From positions 10,507-74,506 of the forward strand of contig CAYTAU010000007.1 of the NCBI GenBank assembly GCA_964435855.1: a DNA stretch of 64,000 bases, read 5' to 3'. Source of the stretch: an uncultured Bacteroidales bacterium (lineage in GTDB: Bacteria > Bacteroidota > Bacteroidia > Bacteroidales > CAYTAU01). Position numbers and translations under genes: made by a program. This document shows positions 51,589-60,856 of this stretch, piece by piece; position 1 is the first letter of the stretch, and each line of letters begins with the position of its first letter. The notes below the pieces were generated by a model, which was not told the origin of the DNA, ran no database searches, and was given only the letters and a program-made list of their open reading frames with translations.

Positions 51589-51763
51589 TTATCAGTTGCC
51601 CCGACCTTTAGGTCGGGGGTTGAAGTACAAAAATTAAATGGGCTTCAGCCCAAAAAGAATATGAAGAATTTATAAATTAAATGCGAACTTAAAAGACTTT
51701 TGGGCTAAAGCCCTATTTTTACAATATTTATATCCCCGTCCTAAAAGACGGGGCAACTGATAA
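51589..51763. mobile_element. MITE-like 175-bp element with 15-bp perfect (30-bp imperfect) terminal inverted repeats
   Basis: ttatcagttgccccg at 51589-51603 versus cggggcaactgataa at 51749-51763. Internal hairpins are ccccgacc-ttta-ggtcgggg, gggcttcagccc, gggctaaagccc and ccccgtc-ctaaaa-gacgggg. It has no coding capacity. Confidence 0.6.
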
Positions 51764-51778
51764 GCTTATACTTATAGT

Positions 51779-52225
51779 TTAACTTGAGGCAGAGTGTGGC
51801 AACTGTTGTGATTTCTTTTTCTGATAATTGCAGATAATTATGGAGATAACAAGCAAAAGCCCCAATAATAAAATATAAGTCCAAATTGGGGTAGCATTAT
51901 ATAAAATTAGACCAATCAATATTGTAATGATACCAACAATAAGAAAGAAAATGCGGGCTCCTCTTTTTTGATTACGTCTCCTTTTGGCTTGAATTACAAC
52001 AAAAATGTTTAACGGGATTGTTAAAATGTATGATGCGCCAATAAAAAGACCTCCTAAAAATGAAAATCCATCATCCATAAAACAACAAACTATTTCATAG
52101 CCAATATAAATATTTAGTACAAATACATTAATTGCATAGATATACGACATTATATTAAAGAATTTGCAATATCTGGTTTTGTTGTCTTGAATACTTGGAT
52201 TTTTTATTGGATTAACATCTTGCAT
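51779..52225 (-). CDS. small membrane protein of unknown function
   Basis: Four hydrophobic helices. The start is uncertain (an internal MSYIYAINVF is possible), and the last codons (LPHSASS) run into a repeat. Confidence 0.5.
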   Translation of the reverse strand: MQDVNPIKNPSIQDNKTRYCKFFNIMSYIYAINVFVLNIYIGYEIVCCFMDDGFSFLGGLFIGASYILTIPLNIFVVIQAKRRRNQKRGARIFFLIVGIITILIGLILYNATPIWTYILLLGLLLVISIIICNYQKKKSQQLPHSASS

Positions 52226-52623
52226 ACCGCAAACTTATTACTGAATTCAAGTTACAAATGTAAGCTTTTTGCTTAAATAATTAGAAGGGTTTAATAAAAT
52301 TTTAATTACTTGAGGCAGGGAAACCAATGTACTTTATGGTTTATTGTTACTGATTGCAAATTTGCCCTTTACCCACCAGAAAGGATTCTGCAGCAGCGGG
52401 GTTCGTAAGTTTCTGCAATTTTCTTTTGGTCTTGCGATTTTAAATGTTTTTGTAGTACCGATTTTTGAAATAATGCCATGCTTGTTTGTTAATTCTTATT
52501 TTGGCTTTAAAGATATGAAAATTAATCGAATTGTTTAAAATGCTTTCGCATTTAGTAGTTTGGAAACTACTTTTTACTTGCGGCGGAGTTACAAACTCCT
52601 CCGAGCAGGGTGTGGCTTCAGCT

Positions 52624-53367
52624 TTAATCATAATAATTTGCAAAATCCATAATAATATGATAAAGGCAAAATTCTTCTTCCTTTTGTGTTAAATAATTTT
52701 TTCTTATGTGAAAAGTGTTGAATGTATTATTATTATTCTCTATTGAGTTTAGGACAATTTTCTTTCCTGTTAGTTTACCTGTTTCTATGTTGTCATAAAT
52801 AAGGTTTATTTCATTTGTCAAGCTGTCAATAATATTCTTTTTGTTTTCGCTGATAACAAAACCAAGCATTCCTCCAAAACTAATATCACAAGCGTATTTT
52901 CCTGTCATAAAACGATATATCCCACCATCTTCTCTTTCTCTTACACAAATATATTCGCTTATTGATTTTGAGAACGACATACTTTTGGCTTTACCAAGAT
53001 TTTTGGCTTCAAATGAAAAGTATTTATTTTGCCAATCACTATGTTCAAATTGTAAATCAATATAACCTTCGTTATTGCACTCTGCACTTGGTTCAAGATT
53101 TATTATAAAACCCTGTTCATTAAATATTTGACTTTCCCTTTTAAACCAGTTTCTGATATGTTTTTTTATCTCTTTTTCTATATTTGCTCTCGGCTTTTTG
53201 GTTTCATTTTCAATTAAAGCAACAATATGCTTATTATCAACATTTTTATAGTACTGCAATAAATGAAAAAAGATATAATTTTTCCATTCTTTATCTTCAA
53301 GTTTGCGTAATTCTGTTCGGCTGTCAGACATTACTTTTGTAGGAGGTAATTTTATATATCCTTTCAT
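52624..53367 (-). CDS. PD-(D/E)xK-motif protein, putative restriction endonuclease partner of the upstream methyltransferase
   Basis: GYID(104)LQFEHSDWQNKYFSFE(120)AK(122)NLGK fits D-X15-E-X-K. The ATG overlaps the stop of the upstream gene (ATGA at 53364-53367). Confidence 0.65.
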   Translation of the reverse strand: MKGYIKLPPTKVMSDSRTELRKLEDKEWKNYIFFHLLQYYKNVDNKHIVALIENETKKPRANIEKEIKKHIRNWFKRESQIFNEQGFIINLEPSAECNNEGYIDLQFEHSDWQNKYFSFEAKNLGKAKSMSFSKSISEYICVREREDGGIYRFMTGKYACDISFGGMLGFVISENKKNIIDSLTNEINLIYDNIETGKLTGKKIVLNSIENNNNTFNTFHIRKNYLTQKEEEFCLYHIIMDFANYYD

Positions 53368-56300
53368 TTGCTCAATGATTTCAGGATATTTTTACCATCT
53401 TCAAAAGCTTTGGTAGCTGTCCAATTACTGTACTTATTGCTTTTTATTATGTAAATACAGTCATTCCCAATAATTTTTTCTTGCATTACAAGAAAATTCT
53501 CATTTGTGGTTTTTAAAATTTCTTCATTAACAATGTATTTTAATGTTTTTTCTGCTGTTGGTTGTTTAGCTTCTGATTTGTTAAGATAAATGGCAACAAC
53601 GGCTATGTCAAATCCAAATTTTTCATCTTGATGTGATTCAATATAAGGCTTGTTTACAAAATATAATTCAAACATATTCTCTAAGGTTTGTTTGTATTGT
53701 TTGAAATCATTTTTTGTAACGGTTCTTTCAGACGAGAAAAAATCTTTAATTCTTTGTCTTTCCAAATAACTTAAATCATATAAATCAAAAATAAGTTTAT
53801 TTAATTTAGCTTTTATTTTGCCTTCGTATTGTAGTTTACCTTTGGTAAGTTGCTGGCTTATTTCTGATATTTCAGCAACTAAATTTTCGTCTAATTCTTT
53901 GGGGATTAGGATGTTTTTAATAATGGTTTCACTTATATGAGGAAAGGAACCGGATTTTCTTTTCAAAAAAACTAAATTTATATAATAACTTATAATATCA
54001 GAGTTTAATAAGGCTGAAAATAAGTGATATAGAGTACTATTTTTAAGTCTAATAGAAAATACCCCATCAGGAAAACAAAGCGTTTGATTATCATAAATAG
54101 CTTCAAATTTTTTTCTTGGTATTTTTCTTAATAGAATTTTATCTCCTTTAAAGAATGGCAACTTTTTATTACGTCTAAACTTATTATTTAATAAATCATT
54201 TTTATTTAAAAATTTATTTATAAAAACCTTGAAAGCATTAATGTCTTTATATTCTATATATGGAAGTGCGTACGTGTCATTTTTAACTCGCGAAATAAAA
54301 CTTTCCTTAATTTTCGTAAATTCTATTTTTTGTTCTTCTTTAGATAAATTTTCATATGACTTATTTTCAGATTTTATTTTATCGCTTCCTGTAATTCTTA
54401 AACCAACAGCTAAACCATAATAGTTGTCATCTAAAATATAGTTTTCTAAAATTTCTGAATTATTCTTTAACTTTGTTATTAATTCTAAATCAAACTCATT
54501 TCCAACCAAATAGTTTCTTAATACAACTTTTTTTTCCAGTATATCTTTTTGGTTTATTTCAATTCGTTTATCTTCTTGGATTACAAGCAGATTAAAAGTC
54601 TCTGAGAAAAGTTCTAAATCTACAGGATAGTATTTCATAATGTTGCTTTCAACTCTTTTGTTGTTGAAAATGGCAACAATAACACTTTCTTTTGCTTTTT
54701 TAAATAAAATTTTCTTTACTCGTGAAAGTTCGTAAAAGTTTTCAATTTGAAAGTTTTCACAGAAAAAATTATTAAAGTTTTCAGATTTTTCATTGTAAAA
54801 ATTTGAACTGTTTAAAACAAAACCAAATTTAGTCTTTTCATTTGCCCAATCTTTAATTTTAAGCATAAATGCCTGTGATATTTGTTTGGAACCAACTACA
54901 TCTTTAGCTTTAAATATTTTACCATTTATTTCCGTACTATAATTATCTATAAAATCGCGTTCTTTTTTATGTTCGTTTGTATAAAGTGGTATCTTAAAAA
55001 AAGGTGGATTCCCGATAATGTAATCAAATGTTTGATTAACAAAATGTAAGCTTCCTTTCTTAACTTCAAGCGAATTGCCGTATATTACATTTTTTGAAAA
55101 ATCAGGGAATATTTTAATATCATTCTCCGTTTCAATTTTTTGTTTTATATATTCCTTTATTTCTTCGCTAGGTAGTCCTTTTAGTATTTCAAGATAAAGT
55201 GAAAATATGGTTAGCCGCCAGGCTGTATAATCTTTCTCTATACCAAAAATGAACTTTTGCAGTAATTCTATTTTATGTTTAATTATCTCAGAGATATTTG
55301 CATTTTTCTTAGGTCGATTTTTTCTTAATAGCTTCTGGAATGCTAAAATCAAGAACATACCCGAACCGCATGCAGGGTCAAGCACTTTTCCTTCTTCTGC
55401 AATTGTGTCATCAATAATTAGTTGTGCTAATTTTGGCGGAGTATAATAAATTCCCTGGTCTAGTTGGTCATCTTCAAGAAAAACTTCATAAATATGACTG
55501 ATAAATTCAATAGGAATAATATCAAAACGAAAATCAAATAAAGACAATTGCCCTGTATTTAAATCATCTTGGCTAATTGTTCTATAAAGTAAATTTGAAG
55601 CTTTATTAATATACTTTTCTTCAATGTGTGGTTTGTCAAACAGAACATTACTGAATATTTTATTTATCTCTTCAAAAAGTAAATTAATGTATTTAGCATT
55701 GTTGTTGTTTAGTAATTGCTTATAGTTTAAATCTATGTTGTTAAAAAAGTGATTATAGAAATATGAATTTATTATTTGATTGTCCTCAAGGAACTTAATA
55801 AATAGAGTTCTATCAATAAGAGATTGAACAATTTCAATTTTATCATTTCCTAATTCAATTATTAGTTTTTTCTTTAATTCTTTTAACTGTCTAATTAATT
55901 TCTCATCAATCCGTTCACTTTTTTTGATTTTTTCGATAAACTCTAAATAGGAAAGCCAAAAAGCACCGGTTTCAAATCTCCATTTCCTAATCTTTTCTAA
56001 TTTCTTTTCATCTTCCCTTTTACCCTTGAAACTGTCAATATTTGCAGGAGGTTTTCTTGGGTCGGTTTTAGCATAATTTAATGAAATAATATTTGAGTTT
56101 TCGAGATAAAAAAATAAATCGTATTTATCTTCATTCCAAATATATCGTCTGACTTCAAATAATTCTTTATCAGTTAAATTATTTGAAGAAATAATATAAA
56201 ATGAACTTTTTGTTTGTTCAATGTTCTCACTTTTGTAAACAAAAACATTGTTTTTTAATTTATCAGTTAATCTTTTATTTTCTGAAATTATTATTTCTTT

Positions 56301-56369
56301 CAAATTAATATTCTTTCCGAAAGTAAAATCAATATTTTCAAAAAAATCTTTTATCAGGTTCATTTTCAA
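53364..56369 (-). CDS. 1001-aa Eco57I/TaqI-like (gamma-class) N6-adenine DNA methyltransferase with large unassigned N- and C-terminal regions
   Basis: Motif I VLDPACGSGMFLILAF (~55350-55385). Motif IV IIGNPPFF (NPPF at 54999-55010). Helical pre-methylase segment LIDRTLFIKFLEDNQII. Confidence 0.85.
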   Translation of the reverse strand: MKMNLIKDFFENIDFTFGKNINLKEIIISENKRLTDKLKNNVFVYKSENIEQTKSSFYIISSNNLTDKELFEVRRYIWNEDKYDLFFYLENSNIISLNYAKTDPRKPPANIDSFKGKREDEKKLEKIRKWRFETGAFWLSYLEFIEKIKKSERIDEKLIRQLKELKKKLIIELGNDKIEIVQSLIDRTLFIKFLEDNQIINSYFYNHFFNNIDLNYKQLLNNNNAKYINLLFEEINKIFSNVLFDKPHIEEKYINKASNLLYRTISQDDLNTGQLSLFDFRFDIIPIEFISHIYEVFLEDDQLDQGIYYTPPKLAQLIIDDTIAEEGKVLDPACGSGMFLILAFQKLLRKNRPKKNANISEIIKHKIELLQKFIFGIEKDYTAWRLTIFSLYLEILKGLPSEEIKEYIKQKIETENDIKIFPDFSKNVIYGNSLEVKKGSLHFVNQTFDYIIGNPPFFKIPLYTNEHKKERDFIDNYSTEINGKIFKAKDVVGSKQISQAFMLKIKDWANEKTKFGFVLNSSNFYNEKSENFNNFFCENFQIENFYELSRVKKILFKKAKESVIVAIFNNKRVESNIMKYYPVDLELFSETFNLLVIQEDKRIEINQKDILEKKVVLRNYLVGNEFDLELITKLKNNSEILENYILDDNYYGLAVGLRITGSDKIKSENKSYENLSKEEQKIEFTKIKESFISRVKNDTYALPYIEYKDINAFKVFINKFLNKNDLLNNKFRRNKKLPFFKGDKILLRKIPRKKFEAIYDNQTLCFPDGVFSIRLKNSTLYHLFSALLNSDIISYYINLVFLKRKSGSFPHISETIIKNILIPKELDENLVAEISEISQQLTKGKLQYEGKIKAKLNKLIFDLYDLSYLERQRIKDFFSSERTVTKNDFKQYKQTLENMFELYFVNKPYIESHQDEKFGFDIAVVAIYLNKSEAKQPTAEKTLKYIVNEEILKTTNENFLVMQEKIIGNDCIYIIKSNKYSNWTATKAFEDGKNILKSLSK

Positions 56370-56616
56370 CGAATAATAAAAATCTCAACAAAGTTAATAC
56401 TACTTGACGAATTTACAAAATTATTCTTTAGTTCCCATTTTCTCCAACTTCTCCTCAACATACTCCATCGCATTTTCCTCATCTTCCTCAATGGCTTTTT
56501 CAACAACGGTTTTTGCTAACTCCTGTATGAAATGTCACTTCGACTATAAGGAGAACGTATCGAAAAGTGAGAAAGGGGATAATCTCAGGTCTCGATATAA
56601 AATTCTTTTAGAATTT

Positions 56617-56898
56617 CTACTCGACCTGACAAGGGGGTTGTTTATTTACATACCCGTGAAAACGGGTATCCAGTGTTTGCTGGTCTACTGGATTACCGCT
56701 TTCGCGGCAATGTTTTGATTTTTACTATGTCTGTTCTATTTTTTCTTTACCCTATCCCTAAAGGGAAGAAAAAATAAGTGTGTGATTGTAGCCTTTAGGT
56801 TTTAGGGTGTGGGCAGGGAGTGTTTATGCCTGTTCTCGATACTCACTCCTTTTAGTCGTGAACTTGACCTGACAAGGGGGCTCGACCTGACAAAAGGC
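56617..56898. repeat. cluster of REP-like hairpins replacing the 3' end of the DUF1016 pseudogene
   Basis: (c)tcgacctgacaaggggg occurs three times (56617-56637, 56863-56880, 56881-56898). Hairpins are acccgt-gaaa-acgggt, atccag..ctggat, accgc-tttc-gcgg and ccctaaaggg. Confidence 0.55.
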
Positions 56899-57661
56899 TT
56901 GATTTTGCTGTTTTTTCTGCATTTTTCGCAAAAAACAGGGCATTAGTAGCATGATTATTAATTTGACACAGTTTATTGAATAGACCCAGATAAAAGTCTT
57001 TATTTCCTACCGGCAATCTATATTCTTCACCTACAAAAGTAAATTTTTTTCCAAACTCTAAGATAAATCCTTTCAGATGTTGAACAATCCTTTTCCGTAA
57101 GTTCTTTTCTGAATAATTTTTTGGTAACGATAAAAAATCAAGAATATAATTGTCCTTGAATGTTTCAATTGATTTTGGATGTATTTCTCTCAGCGATGCT
57201 GAGACTTTTTGCTCAGAGAGTATCATTCTTTCAAAAATACCACTATCAATCTGTCTTTCAAGCTCTCTGGAACTATACCTTTCTCTAATTGCTAATTGAA
57301 TATAGAATTCTCTTTATTTTTCGGATGTGGCTTTTGAAATAATCATTAGATTATTTGTCCAACTCAATTCTCTCAGCAGTGATGAGAGTTTTTTATTTTT
57401 AGAATATGTATCAAAAAATTGTTTCATTCTCCACAAGTTTTGCGGAGAAAATCCCTTTATGTCAGGCACTTTTCGGTAAATATACTCAGACAAGTTGTTA
57501 ACAATACCTTTTCCCCAATATGAGGAATTTACTTTTTTACTGATATATTGTCCAATGCTCCAATAAAGTTCAATCAATTCTGTGTTTACAGCAAGCATAG
57601 CTTTTTCTCTGGCTACCGTAATCATATTTAATATGTCGTCAAATTGTCTTTCTATTTTCAT
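56852..57661 (-). pseudogene. decayed DUF1016/YhcG PDDEXK nuclease gene (in-frame nonsense codon plus 3' truncation)
   Basis: The tracked ORFs 57314-57661 and 56852-57226 are in the same frame (57661-57226=435). The reading ...ISKATSEK-TAA-REFYIQLAIRERYSSRELERQIDSGIFERMILSEQK... is continuous DUF1016 sequence. Homology ends after ...EEYRLPVGNKDFYL (~56987), inside the nuclease core. Confidence 0.75.
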
Positions 57662-57727
57662 ATTACAAATCTAAGGAAATAATTTATAGGTATTTTAAGT
57701 ATTTTTATTAAAAGCTGATATGATAAT

Positions 57728-60700
57728 CTATTCCTCCCCTTTGGGGAGGCTAGGAGGGGCTATAGCATCATAAACCACCTGATGTACTTTTTGTCGTACT
57801 TTAAGTGTGTTTAGTTTCCAGTTTTTAACGCTTGGGTGCACTCTGTTTGAAAGAAAAACATATACAAGTTCTTCTTTTGGGTCTACCCACACACAGCAAC
57901 CTGTAAATCCTGTATGTCCGTATGAATTAGCCGGAGCATCAAAGGCAATAATGTTTTTTTCAAGGGCTTTGTCAAAGCCTAATCCCCGGTGGCTTCCGGG
58001 CTGAAACGCAGTAAACTTATTTATTGTTTTATTGCTGATATATCTTCTTCTGCCGTAGGTTCCGCCATTTAACAGCATTTGGAATATTACTCCTAAATCG
58101 TGAGCATTTGAAAATAATCCTGCATTTCCGGCAATACCGCCCAAAAGAGCAGCCGAGGGGTCGTGTACATAACCGTGAATTACCTGATTTCGCCAATATT
58201 TATCGTGCTCGGTTGGTGTTATTCTGTTTCTTTTAAATCGCTTTAAAGGCAAATAGCCAATTGTTTTTAAACCAAGCGACTTGTAAAAGTATTTTTCAAG
58301 ATATTTGTTAATTCCATATTCATTTATTGTATCAATAGCTTGTTGTAGTATAATAGCGTTTACATCGCTATACATATAAACCGACTTTGAATAAACTCTT
58401 ATTTGCTTGGTATCTATCCACAAGGTGTCTTCAAACTGACGCCGCAAATAGAAGTTTTTTGCAATTTGCACCCTGCTTGTATCTTCTATCTTTTTGTTTG
58501 TATAATATTTATGATAAAGATAAGATAATGTGTCTTTTCTGTTTGGCAAGGAATCAAAAACAATAATACTGTCGATATCAACAATAAAAGTATCGGGCAA
58601 AACAATATTTGTATCTTCTTTGTAAAGTATATATCGTAATATTGGCATACTTGGCGGTAATCCCGATTTGTGTATTAACAGCTCGCTAACACATCGTTTA
58701 AAAATATTAAGTTTTGGAGTTACTTTAAAAAACAGGGTGTCGTAAACCACAACTATTGTGTCATCAATATGAATTGTGTCTTTTTCTTCGATAAACTTTT
58801 TAAACTTTTTAAAGCTTTTAATGTTTATGGTGTCAATATTAACAATAGTATCGGGTTTTATCTTGGTGTATTCTATTTCGGTGTTTTTAAAGTATTCTTC
58901 AAGTTTATCGGAAAGTTTTAATTTTCCCTGATCTACCATTTTCATGGCAGCAAGAGTTGTTCCTGCTACTTTTGTAATTGAGGCAATATCGTAAAGGTCG
59001 TTCCATTTCACCCTTGTTTTACGGTCGTAAGTATGATAACCATAGGATTTGTTAAAAATAACCTTGCCCTTTTTGGCAATAAAAACCTGACAACCCGGAA
59101 AAGCACGATGGCTTAGTGCATCATTAATAATTGAATCTATCTTTAAAATTGAATCGGTATTAAAACCAAACTCTTCGGGAATTGTATATCCCAGCCTAAC
59201 TTTGTTGGTTCTTACACATTTATAATTATCAATTTTAATACATTCGGGCAATTTGCCATTTGCTTTAATTCCTCCAAATACCAACTGGCATGCAAGTTCT
59301 TGTTCTGTTTTAGACTTACCGTAAACCTGTATTATATTTGGGCAATCGGGGAGATGCTTGCAAACATTAGGATTACCAAAATTTACTATAATGATATTTG
59401 ATTTATTCTTTTGCCATTTAATTGTTTTGTTAAGATAATTAAGAGCAAAGGTGTCGGGCTCAATATTGTTTAGGGTAATTATATAGTTTAAGTATTCCTG
59501 ATGAAAATAAATTTTTTGAACTGAAACAGAATCAAACTCTAAATGCCTGGCTTTGTACTCAACATAATATTTAATAAGTGTTTCAAAGTGTGGTGTTTTT
59601 TCTCCAAAGCTGTAAACAAAATACTTGCTGCTGATGTTTTTTACAGGGAGTATATTTTTTTGATTCCTTACAATTGTCAGACTGGCTTCAAACAGCTTTC
59701 TGCTAAATCCTTTTAAATACACCGAATTAAGTTCTTGTTTTATTGTGTCGGCATCTATTTTTTTAAAGCTTTCTGCACCCGTCCACGATTTTGCTAAAAG
59801 TATTTTCTTAACACGATTATTTATCTCTTCAATCGGTAATTCGTTTGTTGCTATCTGGTCTTTCAAATTATCTATTATTTCTGTTAGCTTTTTATTTACC
59901 AGCAACATATCGGCACTTGAGTTTTTAAAATTATTAACAGTAGATTGAATATTGTTTTTAATATCTGTAATTATTAATCCTTTATGCCCCAATTCCTCTG
60001 TTAAATAGTTGCTTAAAAAGTAGTTTTCATTATTTGGTGTATCGAGTTCAATGTCTTTAATTAAATAAATTGCAGAAATACCTCTGTTTATAAGGTCTTT
60101 GTATTGTTTATCAATGTTGCTGTAAATGCTTGTGTCATTCTCAAAATTATAAATACTGTTATTTGTAAATCCTGCAATTATGTTTTTATCCTTAAATGCA
60201 TTGATATGTTTTTCATTACTAAGATATGAGGGTAATATGCTAAAGTTAATGTTTAATGTTTTATCAATATTTGCAACAGTATTAATGTAATTATTAATTA
60301 AGCTATCTGTTGAAATTGCCTGTAGTGCATTCTCGTTTGGAAACTGCACAATATCATTAAGATAATTGGGAAAAGACGTTTTATTGTTTGAGCAAATAAA
60401 TAATGGTATTCCTGTAGTTGATTGATATTTATTAATTATCTCAACATAACTGCAAACCGAATCAGTTTCAAAAGCCACACTTCCAATATGATATTTAGAA
60501 ATAAGATAATCGAGCAATTCTAATTTGTTGCTGTCAAGTGTGCCAATATCGTATATTATAAGGTTCCCAATTTTTTGTTCAATACTCATGTGTTCAATAA
60601 GCGAATCTACCCAAACAGATTGAATATCAGCAAAAGGAGCATGTTCGGTATTAACAATGTTTTTATTTGAAAAAAATAAATACCCAACAGTAAATGCTAT

Positions 60701-60748
60701 CACAATAAATATGGCAGCTATAATTAGATATTTGGATTTTTTTTTCAT
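57728..60748 (-). CDS. fusion of a GH3-like N-terminal domain with a class C beta-lactamase-family serine hydrolase
   Basis: N-terminal TM/signal anchor. MSIEQKIGNLIIYD and GHKGLIITD resemble the GH3 (NagZ-like) N-domain. The C-terminal half has S-x-x-K (ASITKVAGT), a YSDVN region and HTGFTG (KTG-equivalent). Confidence 0.8.
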   Translation of the reverse strand: MKKKSKYLIIAAIFIVIAFTVGYLFFSNKNIVNTEHAPFADIQSVWVDSLIEHMSIEQKIGNLIIYDIGTLDSNKLELLDYLISKYHIGSVAFETDSVCSYVEIINKYQSTTGIPLFICSNNKTSFPNYLNDIVQFPNENALQAISTDSLINNYINTVANIDKTLNINFSILPSYLSNEKHINAFKDKNIIAGFTNNSIYNFENDTSIYSNIDKQYKDLINRGISAIYLIKDIELDTPNNENYFLSNYLTEELGHKGLIITDIKNNIQSTVNNFKNSSADMLLVNKKLTEIIDNLKDQIATNELPIEEINNRVKKILLAKSWTGAESFKKIDADTIKQELNSVYLKGFSRKLFEASLTIVRNQKNILPVKNISSKYFVYSFGEKTPHFETLIKYYVEYKARHLEFDSVSVQKIYFHQEYLNYIITLNNIEPDTFALNYLNKTIKWQKNKSNIIIVNFGNPNVCKHLPDCPNIIQVYGKSKTEQELACQLVFGGIKANGKLPECIKIDNYKCVRTNKVRLGYTIPEEFGFNTDSILKIDSIINDALSHRAFPGCQVFIAKKGKVIFNKSYGYHTYDRKTRVKWNDLYDIASITKVAGTTLAAMKMVDQGKLKLSDKLEEYFKNTEIEYTKIKPDTIVNIDTINIKSFKKFKKFIEEKDTIHIDDTIVVVYDTLFFKVTPKLNIFKRCVSELLIHKSGLPPSMPILRYILYKEDTNIVLPDTFIVDIDSIIVFDSLPNRKDTLSYLYHKYYTNKKIEDTSRVQIAKNFYLRRQFEDTLWIDTKQIRVYSKSVYMYSDVNAIILQQAIDTINEYGINKYLEKYFYKSLGLKTIGYLPLKRFKRNRITPTEHDKYWRNQVIHGYVHDPSAALLGGIAGNAGLFSNAHDLGVIFQMLLNGGTYGRRRYISNKTINKFTAFQPGSHRGLGFDKALEKNIIAFDAPANSYGHTGFTGCCVWVDPKEELVYVFLSNRVHPSVKNWKLNTLKVRQKVHQVVYDAIAPPSLPKGEE

Positions 60749-60856
60749 GTGTTTGTGATTAAATTAGTCCGTCATTGCGAACGAGGAATAGCCAGGGTTT
60801 TTTGTTTGTTTTTTCAAAATAATCATTCAATCACTAATATTTCACCAATTCCTTAA

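Noticed and set aside
42422-52623. Classical integron cassette array (attC sites) as the explanation for the repeat-separated genes.
   Set aside because: No intI-type integrase is present in the window. I could not find paired R''(RYYYAAC)/R'(GTTRRRY) cores with complementary L boxes. The gctaac and gttaaac matches are isolated and are expected by chance in AT-rich DNA. I keep this only as a test suggested in the findings.
54528-54535. A(8) homopolymer (coding strand) inside the methyltransferase gene as a phase-variation switch.
   Set aside because: Eight residues is short for slipped-strand switching, and such runs are common in this AT-rich sequence (it encodes an ordinary Lys-Lys).
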